Position numbers and translations under genes: made by a program. Shown in pieces: positions 27,165 through 36,421 of a stretch of DNA of 57,819 nt (its first letter is position 1; the number at the start of each line of letters is the position of its first letter). The notes beneath the pieces were generated by a model. It did not search any database and was not told the origin of the DNA. It was given only the letters and a program-made list of their open reading frames with translations. The stretch comes from an uncultured Anaerolineaceae bacterium. Lineage in GTDB: Bacteria > Chloroflexota > Limnocylindria > Limnocylindrales > CSP1-4. Where the stretch lies: assembly GCA_964393345.1 (NCBI GenBank), contig CAYMTJ010000008.1:8574-66392 (forward strand), given 5' to 3'.

Positions 27165-28103
27165 TCAGCGCCCTCGCGCTGCGCGAGCGTCGACGAGCGC
27201 CTCGACGGCCTTGACGGCCGCCTCGAGCGAGTCCGGAAGCCTGGTCGCGCCGAGCGCGTCGGGGACGCGGTCGGCCGCCGAGCCGCCGATGGCACACGTG
27301 ACCTGCCGGTCACTCCGGTCGAGGACCTCGATCACCTGGGTGGCCCCGGCCACGTCGGACGGCATCACCACGGCCAGGACCGCCACCGGTGCCCGAGTGT
27401 CCTGGACCGCCTGGAGCCAGCTCTCCGGCGGGACGTCGGCGCCGAGGTAGAGCACGCTCAGACCGGCGCGACGCGCGGCGACGGCGAACGCGAACGCCCC
27501 GAGCTCGTGTCGACCGCCGGGCGGTAGGCCGACGATCACCTCGGAGCCACGTCCGCTCCAGCCGGCGGCGTCGTAGTAGTGCGCCAGGCGGCGCCGGACG
27601 AGCTCCGTGGCCGCATGCTCGGCCGCCACGTCGACGTCACCGCTGGCCCAGGCCGTCCCGAGGGCACGAAGCGCGGGGAAGATCCGGTCCTCCATCGCGG
27701 ACTCGAACCGCTGCGCGGCGAAGCCCTCGTCGAGCAGCCGCTCCATCGTCTCGACGTCGAAGCGGTTGGCCGCAGAGGCGAAGCTCGCATCCGTGGCCGT
27801 GTCGGCCGGCGGGCTGGCACCGGCCGCCCGCTCCTGGGCCGGGGCGCTCGCCTCGGCCGGCGGAGACACGCTGGCGAGGTCTTCGCCGGCTTCGATCACC
27901 CGCGTGGCCGCCTGGCTCGGTCGCCAGCCCTCGGACTCGATGAGGTGACGCATCGCGATCAACCTGGCGATGGCGGCGTCGTCGTAGAGCCGGTATCCGC
28001 CCGCGGTCCGCGCGGGTTCGACGATGCCGTAGCGGCGCTCCCACGCCCGGATGGTCGGGATGCGCAAGCCGGTGCGCGCGGCTGCCTGGTTGATGGTGTA
28101 CAT
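27165..28103 (-). CDS. MerR-family regulator with cobalamin-binding domain (CarH/LitR-type light sensor)
   Basis: The MerR HTH is YTINQAAARTGLRIPTIRAWERRYG. The B12 module has W-x9-E-H (WASGDVDVAAEH) and the lower-ligand motif GRHELGA. Confidence 0.8.
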   Translation of the reverse strand: MYTINQAAARTGLRIPTIRAWERRYGIVEPARTAGGYRLYDDAAIARLIAMRHLIESEGWRPSQAATRVIEAGEDLASVSPPAEASAPAQERAAGASPPADTATDASFASAANRFDVETMERLLDEGFAAQRFESAMEDRIFPALRALGTAWASGDVDVAAEHAATELVRRRLAHYYDAAGWSGRGSEVIVGLPPGGRHELGAFAFAVAARRAGLSVLYLGADVPPESWLQAVQDTRAPVAVLAVVMPSDVAGATQVIEVLDRSDRQVTCAIGGSAADRVPDALGATRLPDSLEAAVKAVEALVDARAARGR

Positions 28104-28104
28104 C

Positions 28105-28163
28105 GTTTGTCTACCTTACCACACGACAAACACTTGACAAGCCTTGTACAACAGGCCTATCGT
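28105..28163. promoter_or_regulatory. divergent control region: inverted repeat GTTTGTC-N13-GACAAAC, three 11-bp-phased (G/T)ACAA repeats, and TTGACA-N18-TATCGT promoter
   Basis: GACAA at 28125, GACAA at 28136, TACAA at 28147. TTGACA at 28134-28139 and TATCGT at 28158-28163. The palindrome TTGTACAA lies at 28144-28151. Confidence 0.45.
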
Positions 28164-28248
28164 TCGGTCAACCCTCAACAAAGGGTGGACATCTGGTCGA
28201 GCGGCATTCGCCGACTCCGACCTTGATGGGCCGAAGGAGGACAATCGC

Positions 28249-29097
28249 ATGAACCGTAGACTCGCCCGGATCGCCCGCCTCGCGGTGGTCGGATCCATGC
28301 TCTTCGCCTTCGCTGGCACGGCCAGCGCCGCGGATACGGCCAAGGTCCGTGTCCTGCACGCGTCGCCCGACGCCCCGAACGTGGACGTCTATCTCGACGA
28401 CGCCATCGTGGACGCGCTGACGAACGTGCCGTTCGGCGTCATCTCCGGGTACCTGAAGATCCCCGCCGGTGACCACAACGTCAAGGTCTACGCCACCGGC
28501 ACCACGAGCGGCCCCGTCATCGACGCGGACGTGACCGTCGCCGCCGGCAAGAAGTACACGATCGCCGCGACCGACGCGGTCGCATCGATCGCCGCGCAGG
28601 TCATCGAGGACAAGCCGTCCGCCAGCTGTGACACGGCCCAGGTCCGCGTCGTCCACTTCAGCGCCGACGCCCCCGCCGTGGACGTCGCCACCAGCGGTGC
28701 GGCCCCGGCCGACGCCGTCGTGAAGAACCTCGCCTATCCGGACGCCACGGGCTATCTCGATCTGCCGGGTGACTCGTACGACCTCGAGGTTCGCCTCGCC
28801 GGGACGACCACCGTCGCTCTGCCGCTGCCCGGCGTGGCGATCGAGGACTGCAAGTCCTACACGGTCTTCGCGATCGGCTCCGCGGCCGACCCGGCCGTGG
28901 GCGGTAACGCCCTCCAGGTCGCCGTCGCGGTCGACGCGTCGAGCGGTCCGCTGCCTGCCACGGACATCGCCGGCGCGGTCAGCGAGACGCCGGTCGCCGG
29001 AACGAGCCCGATCCGCGTCGCCGCCCTCGCGGCCGCGACGATCATCGCGTTCGCCGGTGCGTTCACCTTCCTGACCCGCCGGGTCCGGAACGGCTAG
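28249..29097 (+). CDS. DUF4397 domain protein, secreted with a C-terminal membrane anchor
   Basis: ATG lies 8 nt after GAAGGAGG. Signal peptide ...GTASA, two DUF4397-type repeats (VRVLHASPDAPNVDVYLD / VRVVHFSADAPAVDV), and a hydrophobic tail plus RRVRNG. Confidence 0.8.
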   Translation: MNRRLARIARLAVVGSMLFAFAGTASAADTAKVRVLHASPDAPNVDVYLDDAIVDALTNVPFGVISGYLKIPAGDHNVKVYATGTTSGPVIDADVTVAAGKKYTIAATDAVASIAAQVIEDKPSASCDTAQVRVVHFSADAPAVDVATSGAAPADAVVKNLAYPDATGYLDLPGDSYDLEVRLAGTTTVALPLPGVAIEDCKSYTVFAIGSAADPAVGGNALQVAVAVDASSGPLPATDIAGAVSETPVAGTSPIRVAALAAATIIAFAGAFTFLTRRVRNG

Positions 29098-29130
29098 CCC
29101 CAGGCGACACCGTCGCCAGTGATGATGGAC

Positions 29131-29160
29131 ACGCCCGTCCGGAGCGATCCGGGCGGGCGT
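29131..29160. terminator. bidirectional GC-rich hairpin between convergent genes
   Basis: 12-bp stem ACGCCCGTCCGG / CCGGGCGGGCGT (one G-U pair) with a 6-nt loop and no U-tract. A smaller GGCGAC-acc-GTCGCC hairpin lies at 29103-29117. Confidence 0.45.
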
Positions 29161-29219
29161 CTCCGCAGATAAGGCCACACCTTATGCACACCTTCGTGGA
29201 CCCGCGACCGGCCGGCTGG

Positions 29220-30203
29220 TCACCCCTCGGGCGCCGGGTCGACCGCGCCGCTCAGTCCCACGATCAGGTCCCACAGACGTCGGCGGTCCGCCGTCGACAG
29301 CCTCGTGCCCGGCGCCCGATCGAACGGCCGCGGCCGCCGATCGAGGAACAGTTCACCGCCGGGTCCGATCTCGTCCCTGGGCGCCGCAGCAAGCCAGATC
29401 AGCGTGTCGATGCCCTCCGCCGGGGTTCGCAGGAGCGGCCCCATGAGCCCGGAGAAGCCGGGCAGCGACGCGGACAGGCCGGGCGTGTCGGCCCAGCCCG
29501 GGTGCATCGCCTGGAAGCGCACGCCCGCCGCCGGGAGCCGGCGATGCCATTCCCGGATGAGCGCCACCTGCGCGCGCTTGGCCCGAGCGTAGGCACGGGC
29601 GCCCGAGAACGCGCCGTTCGCGGACCCGAGGTCATCCAGGTCCAGGGACTGTGCGTACTGACCTCCGGACGTCACGGCGATGACCCGCGCATCAGCGGAA
29701 GCCCGAAGCAGGGGCAGGAGCCCCGCTTCGAGGGCGAACGGCCCGACGACCAGGGTCGCCAGCGTGGACTCGATGCCGTCCGGCCCCACGGTCCGTTCGG
29801 GGTAGATCGCGCCGGCGTTGTCGATGAGGACATCGAGCGCCGGCTCGGTGTCGAGGATCCGGGCCACCGCGGCCCGCACGGAGGTCAGCGAGCGCATGTC
29901 AGCGACGACGATCGGAAAGCGATCCGTGCCATGCGCCGCGGCCAGCGCGTCGCGCAGGGCGATGAGCTTGTCCTCGCTGCGGCCGACCAGGATCATCCTG
30001 GCGCCGAGCGCCGCGAGCGTGTCGGCCGCCGCGCGTCCCAGCCCGGACGTGGGGCCCGTGATGAGCACCGTCCGGCCGTCGAGCGCGCCGGGGGCCGGGT
30101 CCGCCCAGTCGTACATCCGACGCCGGACGGCGTATCCCACCTTCGTGAAGCTGCCGACGATCGTGAGTTCAAGGGCCGCATCGACGGCCGTTCGCAGGTC
30201 CAT
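29220..30203 (-). CDS. SDR family oxidoreductase
   Basis: An internal ATG gives MDLRTAVD... It has the TGPTSGLG Rossmann motif and Y-x3-K (YARAK). The upstream part of the track ORF is read-through. Confidence 0.82.
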   Translation of the reverse strand: MDLRTAVDAALELTIVGSFTKVGYAVRRRMYDWADPAPGALDGRTVLITGPTSGLGRAAADTLAALGARMILVGRSEDKLIALRDALAAAHGTDRFPIVVADMRSLTSVRAAVARILDTEPALDVLIDNAGAIYPERTVGPDGIESTLATLVVGPFALEAGLLPLLRASADARVIAVTSGGQYAQSLDLDDLGSANGAFSGARAYARAKRAQVALIREWHRRLPAAGVRFQAMHPGWADTPGLSASLPGFSGLMGPLLRTPAEGIDTLIWLAAAPRDEIGPGGELFLDRRPRPFDRAPGTRLSTADRRRLWDLIVGLSGAVDPAPEG

Positions 30204-30292
30204 GCTCTGCCTTTCCCGGTCGGGACCCCGGCCGGCCATCGCTGGAGCGTCCCTCCGCCGACCATCATGACCGCTTTGACGAGGAGACCCCG

Positions 30293-30754
30293 ATGACCCG
30301 ACTGCACGAACGCCTGACCACACCACTCGCGCAGGCCGACGCCTTCGCCTATATCGCGGACTTCGCCAACTCCCAGGAGTGGGATCCGGGCGTCGCGACC
30401 GCGGTGCGCGTCGACGACGGCCCGGTGAGGGTCGGTGCGCATTACCGGCTGGGGGTCCATCTTGGCGGCCGGGTGGCGCCGATGGACTATCGCATCACCG
30501 TGCTCGAGGCCCCGGATCGCGTGGTCCTCCAGGGGGAGGGGTCCGGCGTCACGGCCGTCGACGACATCCGCTTCTCGCGCGACGGCGACGTCACGCGGAT
30601 CGAGTACATCGCCGACATCAAGCTCGGCGGCATCCTTCGATTCGTCCAGCCGCTCCTCGGTGGGGCCTTCAGGACGCTGGCGAGGAACGCGGTCGGCGGC
30701 ATGCAGCGAACGCTCGACGAGCGAGCGGCGGCCGCGGCGAGGGGCGCGACATGA
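30293..30754 (+). CDS. SRPBCC (polyketide cyclase/dehydrase-like) family protein
   Basis: 153 aa with [16 protein letters not shown] typical of the family. SD GAGGAG lies upstream, and the stop overlaps the next start. Confidence 0.72.
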   Translation: MTRLHERLTTPLAQADAFAYIADFANSQEWDPGVATAVRVDDGPVRVGAHYRLGVHLGGRVAPMDYRITVLEAPDRVVLQGEGSGVTAVDDIRFSRDGDVTRIEYIADIKLGGILRFVQPLLGGAFRTLARNAVGGMQRTLDERAAAAARGAT

Positions 30755-32022
30755 GGGTCGCGATCGTGGGCGCCGGCATCAGCGGCCTGACGGCCGCGTA
30801 CGCGCTGCACACGGACCACGACATCCGGCTGTTCGATGCCGACCGCGCCCCGGGCGGTCACGTCAAGACCGTCATGGTCCCGACGCGCGACGGTCCGGTC
30901 GCGGTGGACACCGGGTTCATCGTCTACAACGACCACACGTACCCGAACTTCATCCGGCTCCTGGCCGAGCTCGACGTCCCCACCCAGGTCAGCGATATGT
31001 CGCTCGGGTCGGCCTGCCGCGCCCACGATGTCGAGTTCAGCTCGCGTGGCCTGCGCGGCCTCTTCGCCAAGCCGTCGCTGCTCGGCCGGCCGGGGCATTG
31101 GCGGATGCTGTCGGACGTCTTGCGCTTCTACCGGGACGCCCGTGACGTCCTCGATGCCCCGCGGCCGTCGGGCCACACGCTGGGTGCGTTCCTTGACGAG
31201 CGTCGCTACGGCGCCGGCTTCCGCGATCACTTCCTCGTCCCCATCACCTCCGCCGTCTGGTCGACCGGCGCGAACCGGGTCCACGAGTTCCCGGTCGACT
31301 ACCTGCTCCGGTTCCTCGACCACCACGGCCTCATCGGTCGCGGGAACGCGCTCCAGTGGCGCACGATCACGGGTGGTTCGATGACGTACGTCGATCGCAT
31401 CGTCGAACGCCTGGCGCCCGGTGCGGTCTCGGTCGGTGACCCGGTCGTGGACGTGGCGCGTGACGACGATGGCGTCTCGGTCCGGACGGGGAGCGGACGG
31501 CTCGAGCGGTTCGACGCCGTCGTGATGGCGACGCACGCCGATGACGCCCTGGGCCTCCTCCATGACGCCGACCTTCGAGAGCGGACGGTCATCGGCGGGT
31601 TCGAGTACTCGTCCAACGAGGTCGTGCTTCATAGCGACGCGCGGGCGATGCCGTCGCGCGCCGGCGCGTGGGCGTCATGGAACGTCGTCCAGGACGATTG
31701 CTCGGTCCCGGGCTCGTCGCTCACGATGACGTACCACATGAATCGACTGCAATCGATCCCCGGGCCCGTCCAGTACTGCGTGTCGGTCAATCCGGGTGAT
31801 GACCTGCGACCGGACCTGGTCATCGCCACCCGGTCCATGCGACACCCGATGTACACCGCGGCGACGCTCGCCGCCCAGGCCGGTATCGGGGCGCTGCAGG
31901 GCCGGCGCCGGACGTACTACGCGGGTGCGCATCTCGGCTACGGCTTCCACGAGGACGGCTGCCGCTCCGGCTTCGAGGCCGCGGAGCTCGTGCGAGCCCT
32001 GGACATGGAGCTGGCGGCATGA
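30751..32022 (+). CDS. NAD(P)/FAD-dependent oxidoreductase (amine-oxidase-like)
   Basis: [17 protein letters not shown] dinucleotide fold. ATGA coupling at both ends. Confidence 0.85.
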   Translation: MRVAIVGAGISGLTAAYALHTDHDIRLFDADRAPGGHVKTVMVPTRDGPVAVDTGFIVYNDHTYPNFIRLLAELDVPTQVSDMSLGSACRAHDVEFSSRGLRGLFAKPSLLGRPGHWRMLSDVLRFYRDARDVLDAPRPSGHTLGAFLDERRYGAGFRDHFLVPITSAVWSTGANRVHEFPVDYLLRFLDHHGLIGRGNALQWRTITGGSMTYVDRIVERLAPGAVSVGDPVVDVARDDDGVSVRTGSGRLERFDAVVMATHADDALGLLHDADLRERTVIGGFEYSSNEVVLHSDARAMPSRAGAWASWNVVQDDCSVPGSSLTMTYHMNRLQSIPGPVQYCVSVNPGDDLRPDLVIATRSMRHPMYTAATLAAQAGIGALQGRRRTYYAGAHLGYGFHEDGCRSGFEAAELVRALDMELAA

Positions 32023-32771
32023 GGTCGCATCTGCTGGACGGCATCGTCCGGCACCGCCGCGCCCGGCCGTTCGTCTACGCGCTCGATCACGGCGTGTACT
32101 ACGCGGCGCTCGACCTGTCGGAGCTCGACGAGGTCGCCGGCTCGCTGCGCCTCCTGTCCCGCAACCGCCCCGGCGTGCTCGCGTTCCGCGACGACGACCA
32201 CCTGATCCCGCCGGCGGCGGACGTCCGAGTGGCGATCGACGATCACCTCCGTGGGGAGGGCATCGACCCGGCCGGCTGGCGCGTCACGCTCATCACGAAC
32301 CTGCGGGTCTTCGGCTACGTCTTCAACCCCGCCAGCTTCTTCCTGTGCCGCGATCCCGATGGCGAGCTGCGGGTCGTCATCGTCGAGGTCCACAACACGC
32401 ACGGGGAGCGGCACCTCTACACCCTGCATGCCGACGACGCGGCCGGTCGGCCGGATGCGCCGTTCAGCGGCGCGATGGACAAGACGTTCTACGTCTCGCC
32501 CTTCATCGAGATGGTCGGCCGATACACGGTGCGCGTCCGCGACGAGCCCTCGCGATTGCGGATCACCATCAATGAAGGCGATGACGACGGGCCGCTGCTC
32601 CACACCAGCCTGGACCTGCGGCGGCATCGCCTGACGGACCGGATGCTCGCCCGGCTCATGCTCCGCCACCCGTTCGTCACCCACAAGACGATCGCGATGA
32701 TCCACTGGCACGCGCTTCGACTGTGGCGGCGCGGCGCCCGCTTCCACCGCCACGGAGAGGCGACACGATGA
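32019..32771 (+). CDS. DUF1365 family protein
   Basis: G.V.H.R..P..Y.F.Y..YY..LDL.EL pattern ([29 protein letters not shown]) and [11 protein letters not shown]. Confidence 0.85.
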   Translation: MRSHLLDGIVRHRRARPFVYALDHGVYYAALDLSELDEVAGSLRLLSRNRPGVLAFRDDDHLIPPAADVRVAIDDHLRGEGIDPAGWRVTLITNLRVFGYVFNPASFFLCRDPDGELRVVIVEVHNTHGERHLYTLHADDAAGRPDAPFSGAMDKTFYVSPFIEMVGRYTVRVRDEPSRLRITINEGDDDGPLLHTSLDLRRHRLTDRMLARLMLRHPFVTHKTIAMIHWHALRLWRRGARFHRHGEATR

Positions 32772-34012
32772 CCACGCCCACCATGACGCGCCGGACCCGA
32801 GGGTTCGCCGCGTCGCTCATCGACCGGATCACCTGGAGGGTGGCGCTGTCCGTCGCCGGCCGGATCCGTGTCGGTCGACTGGACCTCGTCCTCCCCGACG
32901 GGTCGCGCCACGCCTTCGGCGAGGCCGACGCGACCGATCGCGCCGAGATGCACATCCACGACCCGCAGGCGCTGGTCCGGATGATCCGCGACGGCGAGAC
33001 CGGGGCCGGCGAGGCCTATATGGAGGGTCTGTGGTCCAGCCCCGATCTGGTGTCCCTGATCCGCGTGGCCGCGCTCAATCGCGGATCGCTCGCGCTGTCC
33101 AGCGGCTGGTTCCGCGTACCCGCCCAGCTTCGCCGGACCCTGGCCCATCGAGGCCGTCGAAACACGCGGCGGGGCAGTCAGCGGAACATCGCGGCCCACT
33201 ACGACATCGGGAACGACCTGTACCGGCTCTTCCTCGACGAGACCATGACGTACTCCAGCGCGGTCTTCGAAACACCCGACCAGTCGCTGGCCGACGCGCA
33301 GCGCAACAAGTACCGGGCGATGGCCGAGGGTGCCGGGCTGGTCGCCGGCCAGCACGTCCTCGAGATCGGGTCCGGCTGGGGGGGCTTCGCCCTCTATGCC
33401 GCGGGCGAACTCGGCTGCCGGGTCACCTCGATCACGATCTCCCGCGAACAGCACGCCCTGGCTCGCGAGCGGGTCCAGGCCGCGGGCCTCGAGCACCTCG
33501 TGGACATCCAGTTGCGCGACTACCGCGACATCGAGGGTACCTACGACGCGATCGTCTCGATCGAGATGCTGGAGGCCGTCGGGGACGAATACTTCGAGGC
33601 GTTCTTCGAGGCCTGTGACGCCGCGCTCGTGCCCGGTGGCCGCCTGAGCCTGCAGGTCATCACGTTCCCGGACGCCACCTACGAGCGCCAGCTGCGTGGC
33701 GCCAACTGGATCCAGACCTACATCTTCCCGGGCGGCCTGTGCCCGTCACTGGCCGTGATGGAGCGGGCCACGAGGGACACCCATCTCCTGATCCGCGGCG
33801 TCACGGACATCGCCGAGCACTACGTTCGAACGCTGCGGGCGTGGCGGACGCGCTTCCTCGACCAGGTCGGCGCCGTACGGGCGCTGGGCTTCGACGAGCG
33901 GTTCGTGCGGATGTGGGAGTACTACCTGGCCCTCAGCGAGGCCGGGTTCGCCACCGGGGTCAGCCAGGACCTCCAGGTCGTCTTCGAGAAGCGCCGCGGG
34001 CTCCCGGCGTAG
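32768..34012 (+). CDS. cyclopropane-fatty-acyl-phospholipid synthase family SAM methyltransferase
   Basis: NIAAHYDIGNDLYRLFLDETMTYSSA, VLEIGSGWGG, SIEMLEAVG and MWEYYLA motifs. Confidence 0.9.
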   Translation: MTTPTMTRRTRGFAASLIDRITWRVALSVAGRIRVGRLDLVLPDGSRHAFGEADATDRAEMHIHDPQALVRMIRDGETGAGEAYMEGLWSSPDLVSLIRVAALNRGSLALSSGWFRVPAQLRRTLAHRGRRNTRRGSQRNIAAHYDIGNDLYRLFLDETMTYSSAVFETPDQSLADAQRNKYRAMAEGAGLVAGQHVLEIGSGWGGFALYAAGELGCRVTSITISREQHALARERVQAAGLEHLVDIQLRDYRDIEGTYDAIVSIEMLEAVGDEYFEAFFEACDAALVPGGRLSLQVITFPDATYERQLRGANWIQTYIFPGGLCPSLAVMERATRDTHLLIRGVTDIAEHYVRTLRAWRTRFLDQVGAVRALGFDERFVRMWEYYLALSEAGFATGVSQDLQVVFEKRRGLPA

Positions 34013-34048
34013 GCCGTCCAAGGCCCGTCTCTGCCAGGCCCGGGCTGT

Positions 34049-34906
34049 CTACGCGGTCTCCACGGACACGGTCAGGTCCACGGTCAGCCCGTCGGCGATG
34101 GAGCCGGAGATCGTGCCGAGCTGGAGTTCGCCGCCGTCATCGCTGAAGACGTTGTCCCGTTCGAGACTGACGTCGGCCAGGGCGCCGACGCTCGGGCCGT
34201 AGCCGTCGATCGCGTAGACGAGGTCGCAGGTCTCCTTCGGCAGCGCGATCTGCGACGTCCCGATCACGTTCGCCACGTCGGTCGCTGCGTCAAGGCTCGG
34301 GTAGACCTCGAAATGGACGTGCGGCCAGCGTCCCGGATAACAGGCCGGGAAGATGCTGGTGAACGTGACGACCCCGTCCTCGCCCGCGGCCTGGACGCCG
34401 CGGAGGTAGTTCTCGTTGGTGACCGCCGCGGAGTACATCGAGTACTGGCCGTCCCGGTCGCAGTGCCAGACGTACACGGCGGCACCGGCCAGTGGCACGC
34501 AGTCGCTCGCGTTGTCCTGGATGGTCATGCGGATCGTCAGCGGGACGCCCTCGGCGACGGTGGTCGAGCCGCCGAAGCTCGAGCGGATGTCCTGCCGCAC
34601 GACCCCGCTCTGCGACAGGATGTCGGGCCCGTTGGACCCATCGCCCGGGAAGGGGCCGGCCGTCTCCTCGGGGATGAGGGCGCAGCTCGCGCCGGCCTCG
34701 GTGGCCGATGCTGACCCGCTCGCCAGCGGCGAGCCCGTCGAGGCGGCCGGTCCGCACCCGACGATCGTGAAGAGCCCGGCGCTGAACCCGCCGAAGCCCA
34801 GCAGGCGGAGCACTCGCCGCCGGTCGATGGCTCCGAGGTCGTAGGCCAGGCCGCGATCGAGCGGATCGAGCCCGTCCTCGTCGCGGGTCATGGGTCGCGT
34901 GGTCAT
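34049..34906 (-). CDS. TAT-exported intradiol ring-cleavage dioxygenase family protein
   Basis: Twin-arginine signal DRRRVLRLLGF, and YPGRWPHVHFEV iron-ligand motif. I chose the ATG at 34906 (6 nt after GGAGAG). The track ATG at 34912 abuts the SD. Confidence 0.8.
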   Translation of the reverse strand: MTTRPMTRDEDGLDPLDRGLAYDLGAIDRRRVLRLLGFGGFSAGLFTIVGCGPAASTGSPLASGSASATEAGASCALIPEETAGPFPGDGSNGPDILSQSGVVRQDIRSSFGGSTTVAEGVPLTIRMTIQDNASDCVPLAGAAVYVWHCDRDGQYSMYSAAVTNENYLRGVQAAGEDGVVTFTSIFPACYPGRWPHVHFEVYPSLDAATDVANVIGTSQIALPKETCDLVYAIDGYGPSVGALADVSLERDNVFSDDGGELQLGTISGSIADGLTVDLTVSVETA

Positions 34907-35023
34907 GAGCATCTCTCCGTGGTCATGGGCGGGGTCGTGATGGCGTCGCGCGGGACCCGATCATGCGAGGCGATCCTTCGGATCGTCTGAGAGCGGCATG
35001 AGGACCCGAAGGCGCGCGTGGCG

Positions 35024-36406
35024 TCACGACGGCACCATCGCCATCGCGCGGTCCGGCCGCAGCAGGAACGGCGGCAGGTACGCCGGGATGTTCGAGAACG
35101 GGAGGACGTCGGGGCTGAGCTCGATGCCGAGGGCCTCGGTCATGAACCGTCGCCGGGCCACGATGCGCGCCCACGCATCCGGATAGCGCGCCGCGAACGC
35201 GTCGCGCAGCCCGGCATCGGCAAGCGCCACGCCGTCCTCGATGTTGGTCGTGAAGAAGTCCGTCCCGGTCGCGGGGATGACGTCCACCTGGAAGGCCATC
35301 CCCGAGCGCAGGACCACCGGCGACCCGGCCCAGACCGGCGAGTTCACCCACTCGTCAAGATGGATCTGGTGGCCGGCGTTGAGGAAGATGCCGAAGAACG
35401 GATCACCGAGCCGGCTCGCCACCGCCTCGTGGAGATCGCCGCCGGTCGCCCCGATCCGGAGCGCCCCGTACCAGGCGGCGATCGCCTCGAAGTACGGGAC
35501 GACGAGTCGCTCCACGTAGTCCGCGATCGGTGCCGGCAGGTCCGCCGCATCCGCCACGACGAACCCGGCCCGGCAGTTGAGCGCTCCCCACACGCCGAAC
35601 GCCACGGTGAACCGATCGCCCGCCTCGATGACCCGGTCCGACGGGCTGAGCAGTCCGAAGCTCGCGCGCGGCCCGCTGGTCAGCATCAGATGACACGACA
35701 GGGGCATCCCGTTCCAGCGCAGGAGGCGGACGCCCTCCTGCTCCGTCATCCCCGGGCGCAGGCCGAAGAGCAGGTCGCGCACGCCCTGGGACGTCTGGCA
35801 CGCCGCGTACTCCATCGCCGCGAGCTGGTCGAGTTCGTTGATGACCCGGAGCCCGTCCGCCGGGTCGATCGCGAGGTCACCCGCGTTCTCGACCGCGCCA
35901 CCGGCGCCGACGAGCCGGCGCAGCTCGTCCACGAGGTATGCGGGAACCTCCAGGCGGCTCCGCTCGGCGAAGGTCTTCCAGCCGATGACCCCGACCCGCG
36001 TGCCGCCGGTGATGCCCTCGCCGGCCAGGATCGCCGCGAGCGGCTGCGATCGATCGCGTGGCTGGTTCGGCAGGCTGAGGTCCTGGAACCGGATGCGCCG
36101 CATGGACAGTGGTGCGGCGCCGGCCACGCCGAAGCACTCGTTCCCGACGAGGATCGCCGGGTCGTCATCGCCGGGACCCACGACGAGGACGGCTTCCTCG
36201 AACCGCGGATCGAAGCCCGTCAGCCAGCTCATGGTGGCGCTGTGTTCGCGGTCGGCATAGATGACCAGCCGGTCATAGCCTCGCCCGGCGGCACGCTGGC
36301 GCAGGCGGGTCAGACGGTCCGCGAAGAGGCTGGCCGGGAGCGCCGGCATGGCATCCGGCATGCCGAACGCCGGGAGCTGGAGGTCGATGAGTCGGGCTCT
36401 GGCCAT
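35024..36406 (-). CDS. M24-fold (creatinase/Xaa-Pro peptidase-like) protein
   Basis: 460 aa with a creatinase/prolidase-like N-domain plus pita-bread C-domain (AGDRFTVAFG..., AGHQIHLDE, TNIEDGVAL). Confidence 0.72.
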   Translation of the reverse strand: MARARLIDLQLPAFGMPDAMPALPASLFADRLTRLRQRAAGRGYDRLVIYADREHSATMSWLTGFDPRFEEAVLVVGPGDDDPAILVGNECFGVAGAAPLSMRRIRFQDLSLPNQPRDRSQPLAAILAGEGITGGTRVGVIGWKTFAERSRLEVPAYLVDELRRLVGAGGAVENAGDLAIDPADGLRVINELDQLAAMEYAACQTSQGVRDLLFGLRPGMTEQEGVRLLRWNGMPLSCHLMLTSGPRASFGLLSPSDRVIEAGDRFTVAFGVWGALNCRAGFVVADAADLPAPIADYVERLVVPYFEAIAAWYGALRIGATGGDLHEAVASRLGDPFFGIFLNAGHQIHLDEWVNSPVWAGSPVVLRSGMAFQVDVIPATGTDFFTTNIEDGVALADAGLRDAFAARYPDAWARIVARRRFMTEALGIELSPDVLPFSNIPAYLPPFLLRPDRAMAMVPS

Positions 36407-36421
36407 GGCGGGCTCCTTGGA

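Noticed and set aside
23863-27297. 1144-aa minus-strand ORF spanning both beta-helix genes and their spacer. It looks like a giant gene.
   Set aside because: It is exactly antisense to two plus-strand genes with clear signal peptides, family motifs and an SD. Its translation is an R/G/P/A/D-rich string with no domain-like pattern. Stop-free antisense frames are expected in DNA this GC-rich.
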